The notes under the pieces are model-generated. The model saw nothing but the letters and a program-made list of their open reading frames with translations. It did not search any database and had not been told where the DNA came from. Source: Vicinamibacterales bacterium (GTDB lineage Bacteria > Acidobacteriota > Vicinamibacteria > Vicinamibacterales > UBA2999). Taken from it: DNA of 64,000 nucleotides. Within the stretch, counting starts at the first letter, position 1; every line of letters starts with the position of its first letter. Shown piece by piece: positions 52,184 to 59,801 of this stretch. The stretch lies in assembly GCA_035293405.1 (NCBI GenBank), contig DATDOE010000113.1, positions 28,263 to 92,262 on the forward strand, given 5' to 3'. The position numbers and the translations under genes are program-made.

Positions 52184-52564
52184 ATGGCTCAATTGTTTCG
52201 AGTGATTCTACCGGTCGGCAACATCGAGCGCGCCAGGGACTTCTACGGCGCCCTGCTCGAGGCAAAGGGAGTGCAGGTGTCGCCGGGACGCCACTATTTC
52301 GGGTGCGGAGGCGTCATCCTCGCCTGCTTCGATCCGCGTGCCGATGGCGACCCGTGGGACGCCAAGCCCAATCCGGGCCACGTCTACTTCGCGGTGCCCG
52401 ATCTCGAAGGCGCGCTGCGGCGCGCCGAGACCGCTGGAGCAGAGATTTCGAAGCCCATCGAAACTCAACCCTGGGGCGAGCGCAGCTTCTACTGCGCCGA
52501 TCCGTTCGGCAACAAGATCTGTTTCGTCGACGACAAGACGCTCTTCACGGCCGGACTGATTTAG
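52184..52564 (+). CDS. VOC/glyoxalase-family protein
   Basis: 'FRVILPVGNIERARDFY...HVYFAVPDLE...PWGERSFYCADPFGNKICF'. An alternative ATG is at 52160. Confidence 0.8.
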   Translation: MAQLFRVILPVGNIERARDFYGALLEAKGVQVSPGRHYFGCGGVILACFDPRADGDPWDAKPNPGHVYFAVPDLEGALRRAETAGAEISKPIETQPWGERSFYCADPFGNKICFVDDKTLFTAGLI

Positions 52565-52570
52565 GCTCTC

Positions 52571-52673
52571 GGCTTTGGGCCTTGGGGAGTTGGCGAAGCC
52601 GCGCCGAAGCGCGCTGGACTCATGCGCGAAGGCGGGGGAGTTGGCTAGGAGATCTGGTTGGGAGTTGGGAGTT
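52571..52673. repeat. heptamer arrays, GGGAGTT flavour, flanking a G+C-rich hairpin
   Basis: 'ggctttg ggccttg gggagtt ggcgaag', then GCGCGC-cgaa-GCGCGC, then 'gggagttggctaggagatctggttgggagttgggagtt'. About 30 nt are shared with 51692-51722. Confidence 0.85.
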
Positions 52674-53618
52674 TCAGGCGATGGGCGTGAGCGGGGGCTC
52701 GCCCGACAGTACGGCCACGACGTTCTGCACCGCGAGTTGAATCATCGTTGTTCGCGTCTCGATCGCGGAGCTGCCGAGATGCGGCGAGAGCACGACGTTC
52801 TCCAGCGAGAGCAAACCCTTCTGAATCTCCGGCTCACGTTCGTACACGTCGAGCGCGGCGCCGGCGAGGATGCGGTTCTCGAGCGCCCAGACGAGGGCGG
52901 CCTCGTCGACGATTGGACCGCGGGCGGCGCTGATCAAATACGCGCTCCGCTTCATCCTCATGAGCGTCGTCTGGTTGATGAGATGTTTCGTCTCGGGTGT
53001 CAGCGGACAGTGGAGTGACACGACGTCCGATGTCGACAGCAGCCGATCGAGCGGCATGAACTCGCCGGCGACACCCGATTGCGCGCTGCGCCCGGTATAG
53101 GCCAGCCGCATCCCGAAGGCTGGCGCCCGAGCCGCGACGGCCTTGCCGATCCGCCCAAGCCCGACGATCCCGAGCTGCTTGCCGCGGAGATCGCTCCCCA
53201 GCATGAAGTCGAGGGTAAATCCCTTCCACTGACCTCGGCGCACGAGGCGATCGCCCTCGACGATGCGACGCGTGATGCCCAGGATCAGCGCCCACGTGAG
53301 GTCGGCCGTCGACTCTGTCAACACGTCCGGCGTGTTGGTGACGACGACTCCGCGCTCGCGAGCCGCGGGAACGTCGATGTTGTTGTAGCCAACGGCGATC
53401 GTGGAGATCACCCTGAGATCGGTCCCGGCGTCGAGGACGGCACGATCAATCGCGTCGGTGACCACGGACACGAGCCCCTGTTTTCCCACGATGCGTTTCA
53501 ACAGCTCGTCATGCGGGAGATCGCCGCGATCGTAGAGCTCGACGTCGCAGGCAGCCTCGAGGCGAGTGAGCGCGGACGAAGGGATTCGGCGGGTGACCAG
53601 GACTAGGGGTTTAGACAC
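52674..53618 (-). CDS. D-isomer-specific 2-hydroxyacid dehydrogenase (glyoxylate/hydroxypyruvate reductase-like)
   Basis: GTG start. NAD fold 'LGIVGLGRIGKAVA', with catalytic-region signatures 'ISAARG' and 'SPHLGS'. Confidence 0.88.
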   Translation of the reverse strand: MSKPLVLVTRRIPSSALTRLEAACDVELYDRGDLPHDELLKRIVGKQGLVSVVTDAIDRAVLDAGTDLRVISTIAVGYNNIDVPAARERGVVVTNTPDVLTESTADLTWALILGITRRIVEGDRLVRRGQWKGFTLDFMLGSDLRGKQLGIVGLGRIGKAVAARAPAFGMRLAYTGRSAQSGVAGEFMPLDRLLSTSDVVSLHCPLTPETKHLINQTTLMRMKRSAYLISAARGPIVDEAALVWALENRILAGAALDVYEREPEIQKGLLSLENVVLSPHLGSSAIETRTTMIQLAVQNVVAVLSGEPPLTPIA

Positions 53619-53622
53619 ACCA

Positions 53623-53657
53623 ACTTTCTACTTTACACTTCGCACTTTGCACTTGTT
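53623..53657. repeat. five tandem heptamers (ACTTNNN), single arm
   Basis: actttct actttac acttcgc actttgc acttgtt. Fills the gap between the small Cys protein gene and the dehydrogenase gene. Confidence 0.85.
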
Positions 53658-53879
53658 CTAGTGTCCAAGCGATTTGCAGTATCCGCAGTGATTGCACGTC
53701 ACGGCGGGCTCGATGATGCACAGGCCCTCGCCCTCGGCGCCAGCGGGCACTGAGAACGTCGAGTGGCTCGCATGCATGCGCGCGGACGCGACGGGGGTCG
53801 TGGAGGGCTCGCTGAACCGCCCCGCGCCCTGCCGGGCGATGACATCTCGCACGAGCGCGCGCAGTTCCTGTTCCGTCAT
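53658..53879 (-). CDS. small BMC-associated protein: N-terminal amphipathic helix + C-terminal 4-Cys motif
   Basis: 73 aa. 'MTEQELRALVRDVIARQ' is followed by a linker and 'CIIEPAVTCNHCGYCKSLGH'. ATGA overlap with the upstream BMC-P gene. Confidence 0.55.
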   Translation of the reverse strand: MTEQELRALVRDVIARQGAGRFSEPSTTPVASARMHASHSTFSVPAGAEGEGLCIIEPAVTCNHCGYCKSLGH

Positions 53880-54148
53880 TCGACTGTGTCCACCTGATCG
53901 ACGATGCCGATGATGGCGGCATCCACCGGCGCCGCTTTCCGCCCGAGCGCCTCGCCGGCGGCGCGGCCTTCGATGACGACCAGCACCTTCTCGTCGATTC
54001 CGGCGCCGACGGAGTCAACTGCCAGCAGCACGGTGCCCCTCGGGGCGTCGTCCAGGCCGATCGGCTGGACGAGCAGCAGCTTCGCGCCTTCGAACTTGGC
54101 GTGCTTCTGTGTCGAGACGACGGTGCCGACAACGCGTGCGAGTTGCAT
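53876..54148 (-). CDS. BMC-P (EutN/CcmL pentamer) shell vertex protein, paralogue 3
   Basis: 'MQLARVVGTVVSTQKHAKFEGAKLLLVQP...AVDSVGAG...VDAAIIGIVD'. Confidence 0.9.
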   Translation of the reverse strand: MQLARVVGTVVSTQKHAKFEGAKLLLVQPIGLDDAPRGTVLLAVDSVGAGIDEKVLVVIEGRAAGEALGRKAAPVDAAIIGIVDQVDTVE

Positions 54149-54156
54149 GGTCCTCT

Positions 54157-54205
54157 GGGCCGCCTAAAGGCGGCCCCTACGTGACGACTGAAGGCGGCTC
54201 CTACG
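54157..54205. repeat. REP-like hairpin + half copy inside BMC operon
   Basis: GGGCCGCC-taaa-GGCGGCCC ctacg, then tgaaggcggctcctacg. Confidence 0.85.
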
Positions 54206-54467
54206 CGACATCGATCTCGTCGACGATGCCGACGATGCCGGCGTCGGTTGGCACTTCCGTCGGGTAGAACGGAAACGAGGCTTCCTTGCCGCGCACGAAA
54301 AACACCGTTTCACCCACACCCGCTCCAACCGCGTCGACGGCGACCAGCGTTCGGCCGACGGCGCGGCCGTCAGGCGCCAGCGGCTGCAGCACCATCAGCT
54401 TGAGGCCGTGCAGATTGTCGTCCTTGATGGTGACGACGACGTCGCCGATGACCCTGGCCAGTTGCAC
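54201..54467 (-). CDS. BMC-P (EutN/CcmL) shell vertex protein, paralogue 2
   Basis: The GTG at 54467 gives 'VQLARVIGDVVVTIKDDNLHGLKLMVLQP...AVDAVGAG...DAGIVGIVD'. Confidence 0.85.
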   Translation of the reverse strand: MQLARVIGDVVVTIKDDNLHGLKLMVLQPLAPDGRAVGRTLVAVDAVGAGVGETVFFVRGKEASFPFYPTEVPTDAGIVGIVDEIDVA

Positions 54468-54471
54468 GAGA

Positions 54472-54747
54472 TCAGTCGCCCGCGGCGACCTCCACGTGGT
54501 CGACGATCCCGACAATGGCGGCATCGACCGGACAATCTTTCAGACCCGACGCCATGCGCGCCGAGCTGCCACTCACAATCAACACGGTCTCGCCAACGCC
54601 GGCGTCGACGGTGTCGATGGCCACGAGATAGTTGCCTTCGGCCTTGCCGTGGGGATCCATGGGGCGGGCGACGAGCAGCTTGCTGCTGACCAGACGCGGG
54701 TCCTTCCGCGTAGCGACAACCGTCCCGACGATGCGGGCCAGGATCAT
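54472..54747 (-). CDS. BMC-P (EutN/CcmL) shell vertex protein, paralogue 1
   Basis: 'MILARIVGTVVATRKDPRLVSSKLLVARP...AIDTVDAG...VDAAIVGIVD'. Confidence 0.9.
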   Translation of the reverse strand: MILARIVGTVVATRKDPRLVSSKLLVARPMDPHGKAEGNYLVAIDTVDAGVGETVLIVSGSSARMASGLKDCPVDAAIVGIVDHVEVAAGD

Positions 54748-54762
54748 GCGGGGTACGACAGG

Positions 54763-55059
54763 TTATGCCTTTATGCCGGCGGTAGACTTGCCAATCGGGA
54801 GCGCGTCCTCGAGGTTGGCATGAGGCCGTGGGATGACGTGCACGGACACCAGCTCGCCCACGCGGCGAGCCGCCGCCGCGCCAGCATCAGTGGCGGCCTT
54901 GACCGCGGCCACGTCGCCACGGACGATCGCCGTCACGTACCCGGCGCCGATCTTCTCCCAGCCGACCAGCGTGACCTTCGCGGCTTTGACCATGGCGTCG
55001 GCCGCTTCGATCATCGCGACCAGGCCCTTGGTCTCCACCATTCCGAGCGCCTCTCCCAT
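54763..55059 (-). CDS. BMC-H (PduA/CcmK-type hexamer) shell protein
   Basis: '[54 protein letters not shown]'. Confidence 0.92.
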   Translation of the reverse strand: MGEALGMVETKGLVAMIEAADAMVKAAKVTLVGWEKIGAGYVTAIVRGDVAAVKAATDAGAAAARRVGELVSVHVIPRPHANLEDALPIGKSTAGIKA

Positions 55060-55078
55060 TCGCTGTCTCCACTAACAC

Positions 55079-55151
55079 GGCGGGTCCACAAACCAGGACC
55101 CGCCCTACGTAACTTGCGTTCGTAGGCCGGGTCTTGTTCTTCAGACCCGGC
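55079..55151. repeat. pair of REP-like hairpins inside BMC operon
   Basis: GGCGGGTCC-acaaacca-GGACCCGCC ctacg ... cgtag GCCGGGTCT-tgttcttc-AGACCCGGC. These are the same two hairpin types as 35540-35626, in swapped order. Confidence 0.85.
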
Positions 55152-55157
55152 GGGTCC

Positions 55158-56018
55158 TCAATCCCGAAGGTTCTTCACGGCGTCGGTGATGAGCGCCGTG
55201 AGCTCGCCGTATGTTAGCCGAATTTCCCCGTCTCTGCTCGCCTGTCGCAGCGCACTCGAGACGTCGGGCACCAGCCGCGCGGTGCTCGACTCCGGCGCTT
55301 CGAGCACCTGGCACAGCACCTGATCGTCGGACGCCGGATCAGAGGGATCGGCACAGAGCGGCGCCGGCGACGCGATGCCGTACATGCCGCGAAGCCCCTG
55401 CAATCGCCCCACTTCCTCACGCGAAATCAGGTTCTCGCCTCCGAGCAGCCGGGCCACGAGACTGATTTTGGCGAAGTGCTCGATCGTTTCCATCTTGTAG
55501 TACGCCGACATGACCGTTCGGCAGCAGGTCACCGCGCCATGGTTGGCGAGCAGCAGACCGTCATGCGCCTTGATGTACTTGCGGACGGCGGCGGGCAGTT
55601 CGGCCGTGGACGGCGTGCCGTATTCCGCGATCGGGATGCTGCCGAGCGTGGTGACAACCTCGGCGAGCACGGCTCTCGTGAGCGGAATCCCGGCCACCGC
55701 GAACCCGGTGGCGTTCGGCGGATGCGCATGGACGACGGCGTTGACGTCCGGCCGATTGCTGTAGATCTCGAGGTGCATCGGCAGTTCGGAGGACGGATCC
55801 CGATCGCCCGACACCTTCTTCCCCTGGTAGTCCACGACGACCATCATGTCGGGCGTCATGAACCCCTTGGACACGCTCTTCGGCGTGGTCAGGATCCGCG
55901 TGTCGTCGAGCCGCGCGCTGATGTTGCCGTCATTGGAGGCGACGAACCCGCGCGCGTACATGCGCCGCCCGGCTTCGACGATCTCGGCACGCGTCTGCTC
56001 TTCGAGGCGTGTGCTCAT
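55158..56018 (-). CDS. class II (FucA/RhaD-type) aldolase with ~70-aa C-terminal extension
   Basis: The ATG at 56018 gives 'MSTRLEEQ'. 'SNDGNISAR' and 'VHAHPPNATGFA' (Zn His). The extension ends 'EIRLTYGELTALITDAVKNLRD'. Confidence 0.88.
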   Translation of the reverse strand: MSTRLEEQTRAEIVEAGRRMYARGFVASNDGNISARLDDTRILTTPKSVSKGFMTPDMMVVVDYQGKKVSGDRDPSSELPMHLEIYSNRPDVNAVVHAHPPNATGFAVAGIPLTRAVLAEVVTTLGSIPIAEYGTPSTAELPAAVRKYIKAHDGLLLANHGAVTCCRTVMSAYYKMETIEHFAKISLVARLLGGENLISREEVGRLQGLRGMYGIASPAPLCADPSDPASDDQVLCQVLEAPESSTARLVPDVSSALRQASRDGEIRLTYGELTALITDAVKNLRD

Positions 56019-56269
56019 CAACGGTTCTTTCGAAACTGATCCCGGCACCGATCCGAACAGAAATAGTGGGTAACGCTGCCGGCGCGCAGTCCGAGGGATT
56101 CGTGCGGGGACACCCAGGTGCCACAGACCGGATCGCGCACGAGCTTCACGGCCGCTTTCGACCGCTTGCTCGGCAGCCCGCCAAACGATTCGATGATCCC
56201 GTCAACGAGTCGCCAGAACGCCCATGCGACCATGAGCAGCAGCAGCGCAATGAGGACGAGCCGTGTCAC
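56018..56269 (-). CDS. membrane-anchored YHS/TRASH-domain protein
   Basis: GTG start overlapping the upstream stop (GTGA). TM 'LVLIALLLLMVAWAFW'. 'DPVCGTWVSPHE...HYFCSDRCRDQF'. Confidence 0.7.
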   Translation of the reverse strand: MTRLVLIALLLLMVAWAFWRLVDGIIESFGGLPSKRSKAAVKLVRDPVCGTWVSPHESLGLRAGSVTHYFCSDRCRDQFRKNR

Positions 56270-56889
56270 TGATTGCTCGTCGCGGCGCCACCACCGGCGT
56301 GAGCCGCCGCGATCCCTTCAAGCGCGCGTCGCGCCGCCTGGCCTTCGGGACTGTCAGGCGCGAGCGTCACCACCTTCTCCCACTCAGCCGCGGCGGCACG
56401 CAGGTCCTGCTTCCCGAAGGCGAGGACGATCCCTTTGTTCAGCAGCGTCTTCGTGTGATTCGGGCTGATCGCCAGCGAGTGCTCGAACTGCTTGAGCGCC
56501 TCGTCGGCTTTGTTGCTGTAGTACAGGCTCACCCCAAGATCGGTACTGGCGTCGGCGTTCTTCGGGTCGATCTGAACCGCCCGCGTGTACCACTGAATCG
56601 CGTCATCCCACTGCTCGGCATCGAAGTAGGTGTTGCCGAGCTGAATGACGGCGTCGAGGTTCTTCGGGTCGCTCTTGAGGATCGTCGTCAGCGCCTGCAC
56701 GCGGCCCTGGTCGAGCGCGGGCGCCTGTCGTGCGGTGTTACCGGCACCGGCGGCCTGTCCGTCGGTCGCAGCGGCCTGCGCAGCGGGTGCCGGGGCCTGG
56801 CGGCGAGCCTGCTGGGTGCCGATCACCCAGCCCAGGATCACGCCGAAACACATACCGGCGATGACGTACGCGATGGAGTCTGATTTCAT
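56266..56889 (-). CDS. membrane-anchored TPR-repeat protein
   Basis: N-terminal TM 'IAYVIAGMCFGVILGWVIG', an Ala/Gln-rich linker, and 3-4 TPR units ('LGNTYFDAEQWDDAIQWYTRAVQIDPKN'). Confidence 0.75.
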   Translation of the reverse strand: MKSDSIAYVIAGMCFGVILGWVIGTQQARRQAPAPAAQAAATDGQAAGAGNTARQAPALDQGRVQALTTILKSDPKNLDAVIQLGNTYFDAEQWDDAIQWYTRAVQIDPKNADASTDLGVSLYYSNKADEALKQFEHSLAISPNHTKTLLNKGIVLAFGKQDLRAAAAEWEKVVTLAPDSPEGQAARRALEGIAAAHAGGGAATSNQ

Positions 56890-56905
56890 CCCTGAAAACC
56901 CGATC

Positions 56906-57646
56906 TTAGTTCACCCCCAGGACATCCAGGTAGTCACGGACGCTGCGATCGAGGCCCACAAACAGCGCGTGGCTGACCAGCGCATGACCGATCGACACCT
57001 CGTCCAGGTAGGGAAGGTCACGGAACATGACGAGATTCTCGAGGTCGAGGTCGTGGCCCGCGTTGACACCGAGGCCAAGCGATTTCGCCAGCGTCGCCGA
57101 GCGCCCGTAGTTGGCAAAGGAGTCGCGGGCCCGGGTCTCGCCGCGTTCGAAGGCTCGGGCGAACGGCTCCGTGTAGAGCTCCACTCTGTCGGCGCCGATC
57201 GCGGCGGCCCAGCGAATCGCGTCGTCTTCGGGGTCCACGAACAGGCTGACGCGGATACCACCGGCGCGCAGGCCGTGGACCGCATGCTCGAGCCCGTCGT
57301 GCGGGACATAGGGAGACCAGCCGGCCTGGCTGGTAATCTCTCCCACCCGCACCGGGACGAGCGTGCATTGGGTGGGTTTCACCTCACGAACGAGCGCGAG
57401 CAGGTCCGGTCGCGGATCGCCCTCGATGTTGAACTCGACGCGGCTGCCCAGCGTTCGCAGCCACACCGCGACATCCCGTACGTCAGCGGCCGTAATGTGG
57501 CGCTCATCAGCGCGAGGATGCACGGTGATCCCTGGCGCGCCGGCGGCGACACACACCCGCACGGCGTCGAGCACCGACGGAATCCTGCCGCCTCGCGAGT
57601 TGCGAACGGTCGCGATCTTGTTGACGTTGACGGAGAGGCGGACCAT
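56906..57646 (-). CDS. pdxJ: pyridoxine 5'-phosphate synthase
   Basis: The ATG at 57646 gives 'MVRLSVNVNKIATVRNSRGG'. 'ITVHPRADERHI' and 'EVSIGHALV'. Confidence 0.92.
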   Translation of the reverse strand: MVRLSVNVNKIATVRNSRGGRIPSVLDAVRVCVAAGAPGITVHPRADERHITAADVRDVAVWLRTLGSRVEFNIEGDPRPDLLALVREVKPTQCTLVPVRVGEITSQAGWSPYVPHDGLEHAVHGLRAGGIRVSLFVDPEDDAIRWAAAIGADRVELYTEPFARAFERGETRARDSFANYGRSATLAKSLGLGVNAGHDLDLENLVMFRDLPYLDEVSIGHALVSHALFVGLDRSVRDYLDVLGVN

Positions 57647-57657
57647 GAACCTCTGAA

Positions 57658-57783
57658 ATTCAAAATGCAAAATGCAAAATGCAAACATCACGTCGTCGGC
57701 AGCAACGAGGCACAAGCGGATCGCTTGTCACACAAATGCTGCGAATGACTTTCTGTTTGAATTTTGAATTTTGCATTTTGAAT
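57658..57783. repeat. heptamer-array inverted repeat, ATGCAAA flavour (4+4 units)
   Basis: Left: attcaaa, then atgcaaa x3 (57658-57685). Right: tttgaat tttgaat tttgcat tttgaat (57756-57783). The 70-nt spacer holds its own hairpin, ACAAGCG-gat-CGCTTGT. Confidence 0.9.
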
Positions 57784-59144
57784 TACCCCATGGTCTCTTT
57801 GACCGCGTCGATAATCTCCTGGCCCCATCGTCGAATCTCGCCTTCGTCCTGGCCTTCGAGCATCACCCGGAGCAGAGGCTCGGTGCCGGAGTAGCGAACC
57901 AGCAGTCGTCCGCTCCCCGCCAGCCGCGCCTCGACCGATGACATCACGGCGGCGACTCTGGGGATGGTCTGGAGATCGACCTTCTGCGGCACGCGCAGGT
58001 TCATCAGTACCTGCGGGTAGGTCGTGAGGTCCGACGCCAGGTCGGCGAGCTCGCGGCCGGTCGCAGCCATGGTCCTCAGGACGTTCAGAGAGGTGGCCAG
58101 ACCGTCGCCGGTGAACAGGTAGTCCGAGAAGATGATGTGTCCCGATTGCTCGCCGCCGAGCGAGAGATCGCGGCGCATCATTTCTTCCATCACGTACTTG
58201 TCGCCGACGGACGTACGAAGCATTGCGATACCGGCCTTGTGCAGCGCGAGCTCCAGGCCGATGTTGCTCATGACCGTGGCCACGATGGCGTTGCCCTTCA
58301 GTCGTCCCTCGGCCTTCATGCGCAAGGCGCACATGAGCATCACGGCATCGCCGTCCACGACCGCGCCGTTCGCGTCGATGAAGATCGCGCGATCGCCATC
58401 TCCGTCGAACGCCACGCCGAGCGGGTACCGACCCTCGACGACAACTTTCGAGAGCAGCGTGGGATCGGTCGAGCCACAGCCCAGGTTGATGTTCCGGCCG
58501 TCCGGCTGACTCCCGATGTGATGCACGTCGAACCCGAGATCCTGGAACAGTCGCGGCGCCACCGTGGTGGTGGCGCCGTTGGCGCAGTCCACGGCGATGC
58601 GCATGCTGGCGGTCCGTGCGCCCTGGGGCAGGATCTCGCGCAAGTGTCCGATGTACTCGGACCGCAGATCGACTTGCTCGACCGCATCCGCGTCGCCGGC
58701 GGCAACGCTCCACGACCCGTCAGCGACGATCGCTTCGACACGCTGCTCGAGGGTTTCGGTGAACTTTTCGCCGGCGCCCGAGAACACTTTGATGCCGTTG
58801 TCCTCGAACGGATTGTGTGACGCCGAGAGGACCACGCCAGCCGTATAGCCCATGCGCGGTGTGAGGTAGGCGACGGCGGGCGTCGGAATGATCCCGGCGC
58901 TCGTGAGCGTTCCGCCCTGGCTCCGGATTCCAACGGCCAACTCGCGCTCGATCCACGTGCCGGACTCGCGCGTGTCACGGCCGGCCAGAAGCCTGATGAC
59001 GGGACGTGCACCGTCTCCTGAAGGCACCTCGTCATGCCGCAGCACGCGCACGAGCGCGGCGCCAAGCCGCCGGATGGTTGGAACATCCAGCGGAGGGTCT
59101 CCCGCCCTGCCGCGCACTCCGTCCGTGCCGAACAACCGCGCCAT
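57783..59144 (-). CDS. glmM: phosphoglucosamine mutase
   Basis: 'LFGTDGVRG', 'GVVLSASHNPFEDNGIK', 'AFDGDGDR', 'GGEQSGH'. Confidence 0.95.
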   Translation of the reverse strand: MARLFGTDGVRGRAGDPPLDVPTIRRLGAALVRVLRHDEVPSGDGARPVIRLLAGRDTRESGTWIERELAVGIRSQGGTLTSAGIIPTPAVAYLTPRMGYTAGVVLSASHNPFEDNGIKVFSGAGEKFTETLEQRVEAIVADGSWSVAAGDADAVEQVDLRSEYIGHLREILPQGARTASMRIAVDCANGATTTVAPRLFQDLGFDVHHIGSQPDGRNINLGCGSTDPTLLSKVVVEGRYPLGVAFDGDGDRAIFIDANGAVVDGDAVMLMCALRMKAEGRLKGNAIVATVMSNIGLELALHKAGIAMLRTSVGDKYVMEEMMRRDLSLGGEQSGHIIFSDYLFTGDGLATSLNVLRTMAATGRELADLASDLTTYPQVLMNLRVPQKVDLQTIPRVAAVMSSVEARLAGSGRLLVRYSGTEPLLRVMLEGQDEGEIRRWGQEIIDAVKETMG

Positions 59145-59153
59145 CTCTCGATT

Positions 59154-59801
59154 CTACTGGGCGCGGACGATGGCGACGCTGACCCGCACGGTCTGCTGGC
59201 CACGAAGTCGGACTGTCGGGTCGGCGACGCCGACGGTGACCGTCTCGGTGACGGTGCTGGTGGCCCCCGCCACCGACACCGCCTCGGTCACGGCCTTGGT
59301 GAGCCCCTTGAGCGCGCTGGCCGGACCGGCAATCTCCACGCGGGCCGGATCGGCCGTCACTTTCCCCACGACGAAGCCGTCCGCGGGCCGACCTTCCACC
59401 TCCGGCTCCACCGGCACGGACTTCGCCGACGACAACTCGAACAGCAGGGACAACGACGTCGGCGTCACTTGTACGACCTCGACGCCAAATGGTGCACGCA
59501 CTTCCGTTCCGGTCAGGTGAAACAGTCGCGTCCCGGTGCGGGCTTGCCGGACATCCAGCACGGCGACCAGCTCGCCGGCGGCAATGCGACTGAGCGCGCC
59601 GGAGGAGCCTCTCACGCGCACATCAACAACGGTGGGCGGCTCGCCCACCAGTTCGAGCTGGGTCGGGATGTTGGTGAACTCCAGCGGGATACGAAGCGCC
59701 CGTTCCACCGTCTGCTCACCGGACACGATCAGCCAGAGCAGCGCCGCCAATATCACCGACACGATCTTGAGGCCGGGATGACGAAGGAGCCGGACGGCCA
59801 T
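59154..59801 (-). CDS. cdaR: YbbR-domain protein (CdaR-like regulator of diadenylate cyclase)
   Basis: N-terminal TM followed by YbbR-like repeats. Sits between cdaA and glmM. Confidence 0.8.
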   Translation of the reverse strand: MAVRLLRHPGLKIVSVILAALLWLIVSGEQTVERALRIPLEFTNIPTQLELVGEPPTVVDVRVRGSSGALSRIAAGELVAVLDVRQARTGTRLFHLTGTEVRAPFGVEVVQVTPTSLSLLFELSSAKSVPVEPEVEGRPADGFVVGKVTADPARVEIAGPASALKGLTKAVTEAVSVAGATSTVTETVTVGVADPTVRLRGQQTVRVSVAIVRAQ

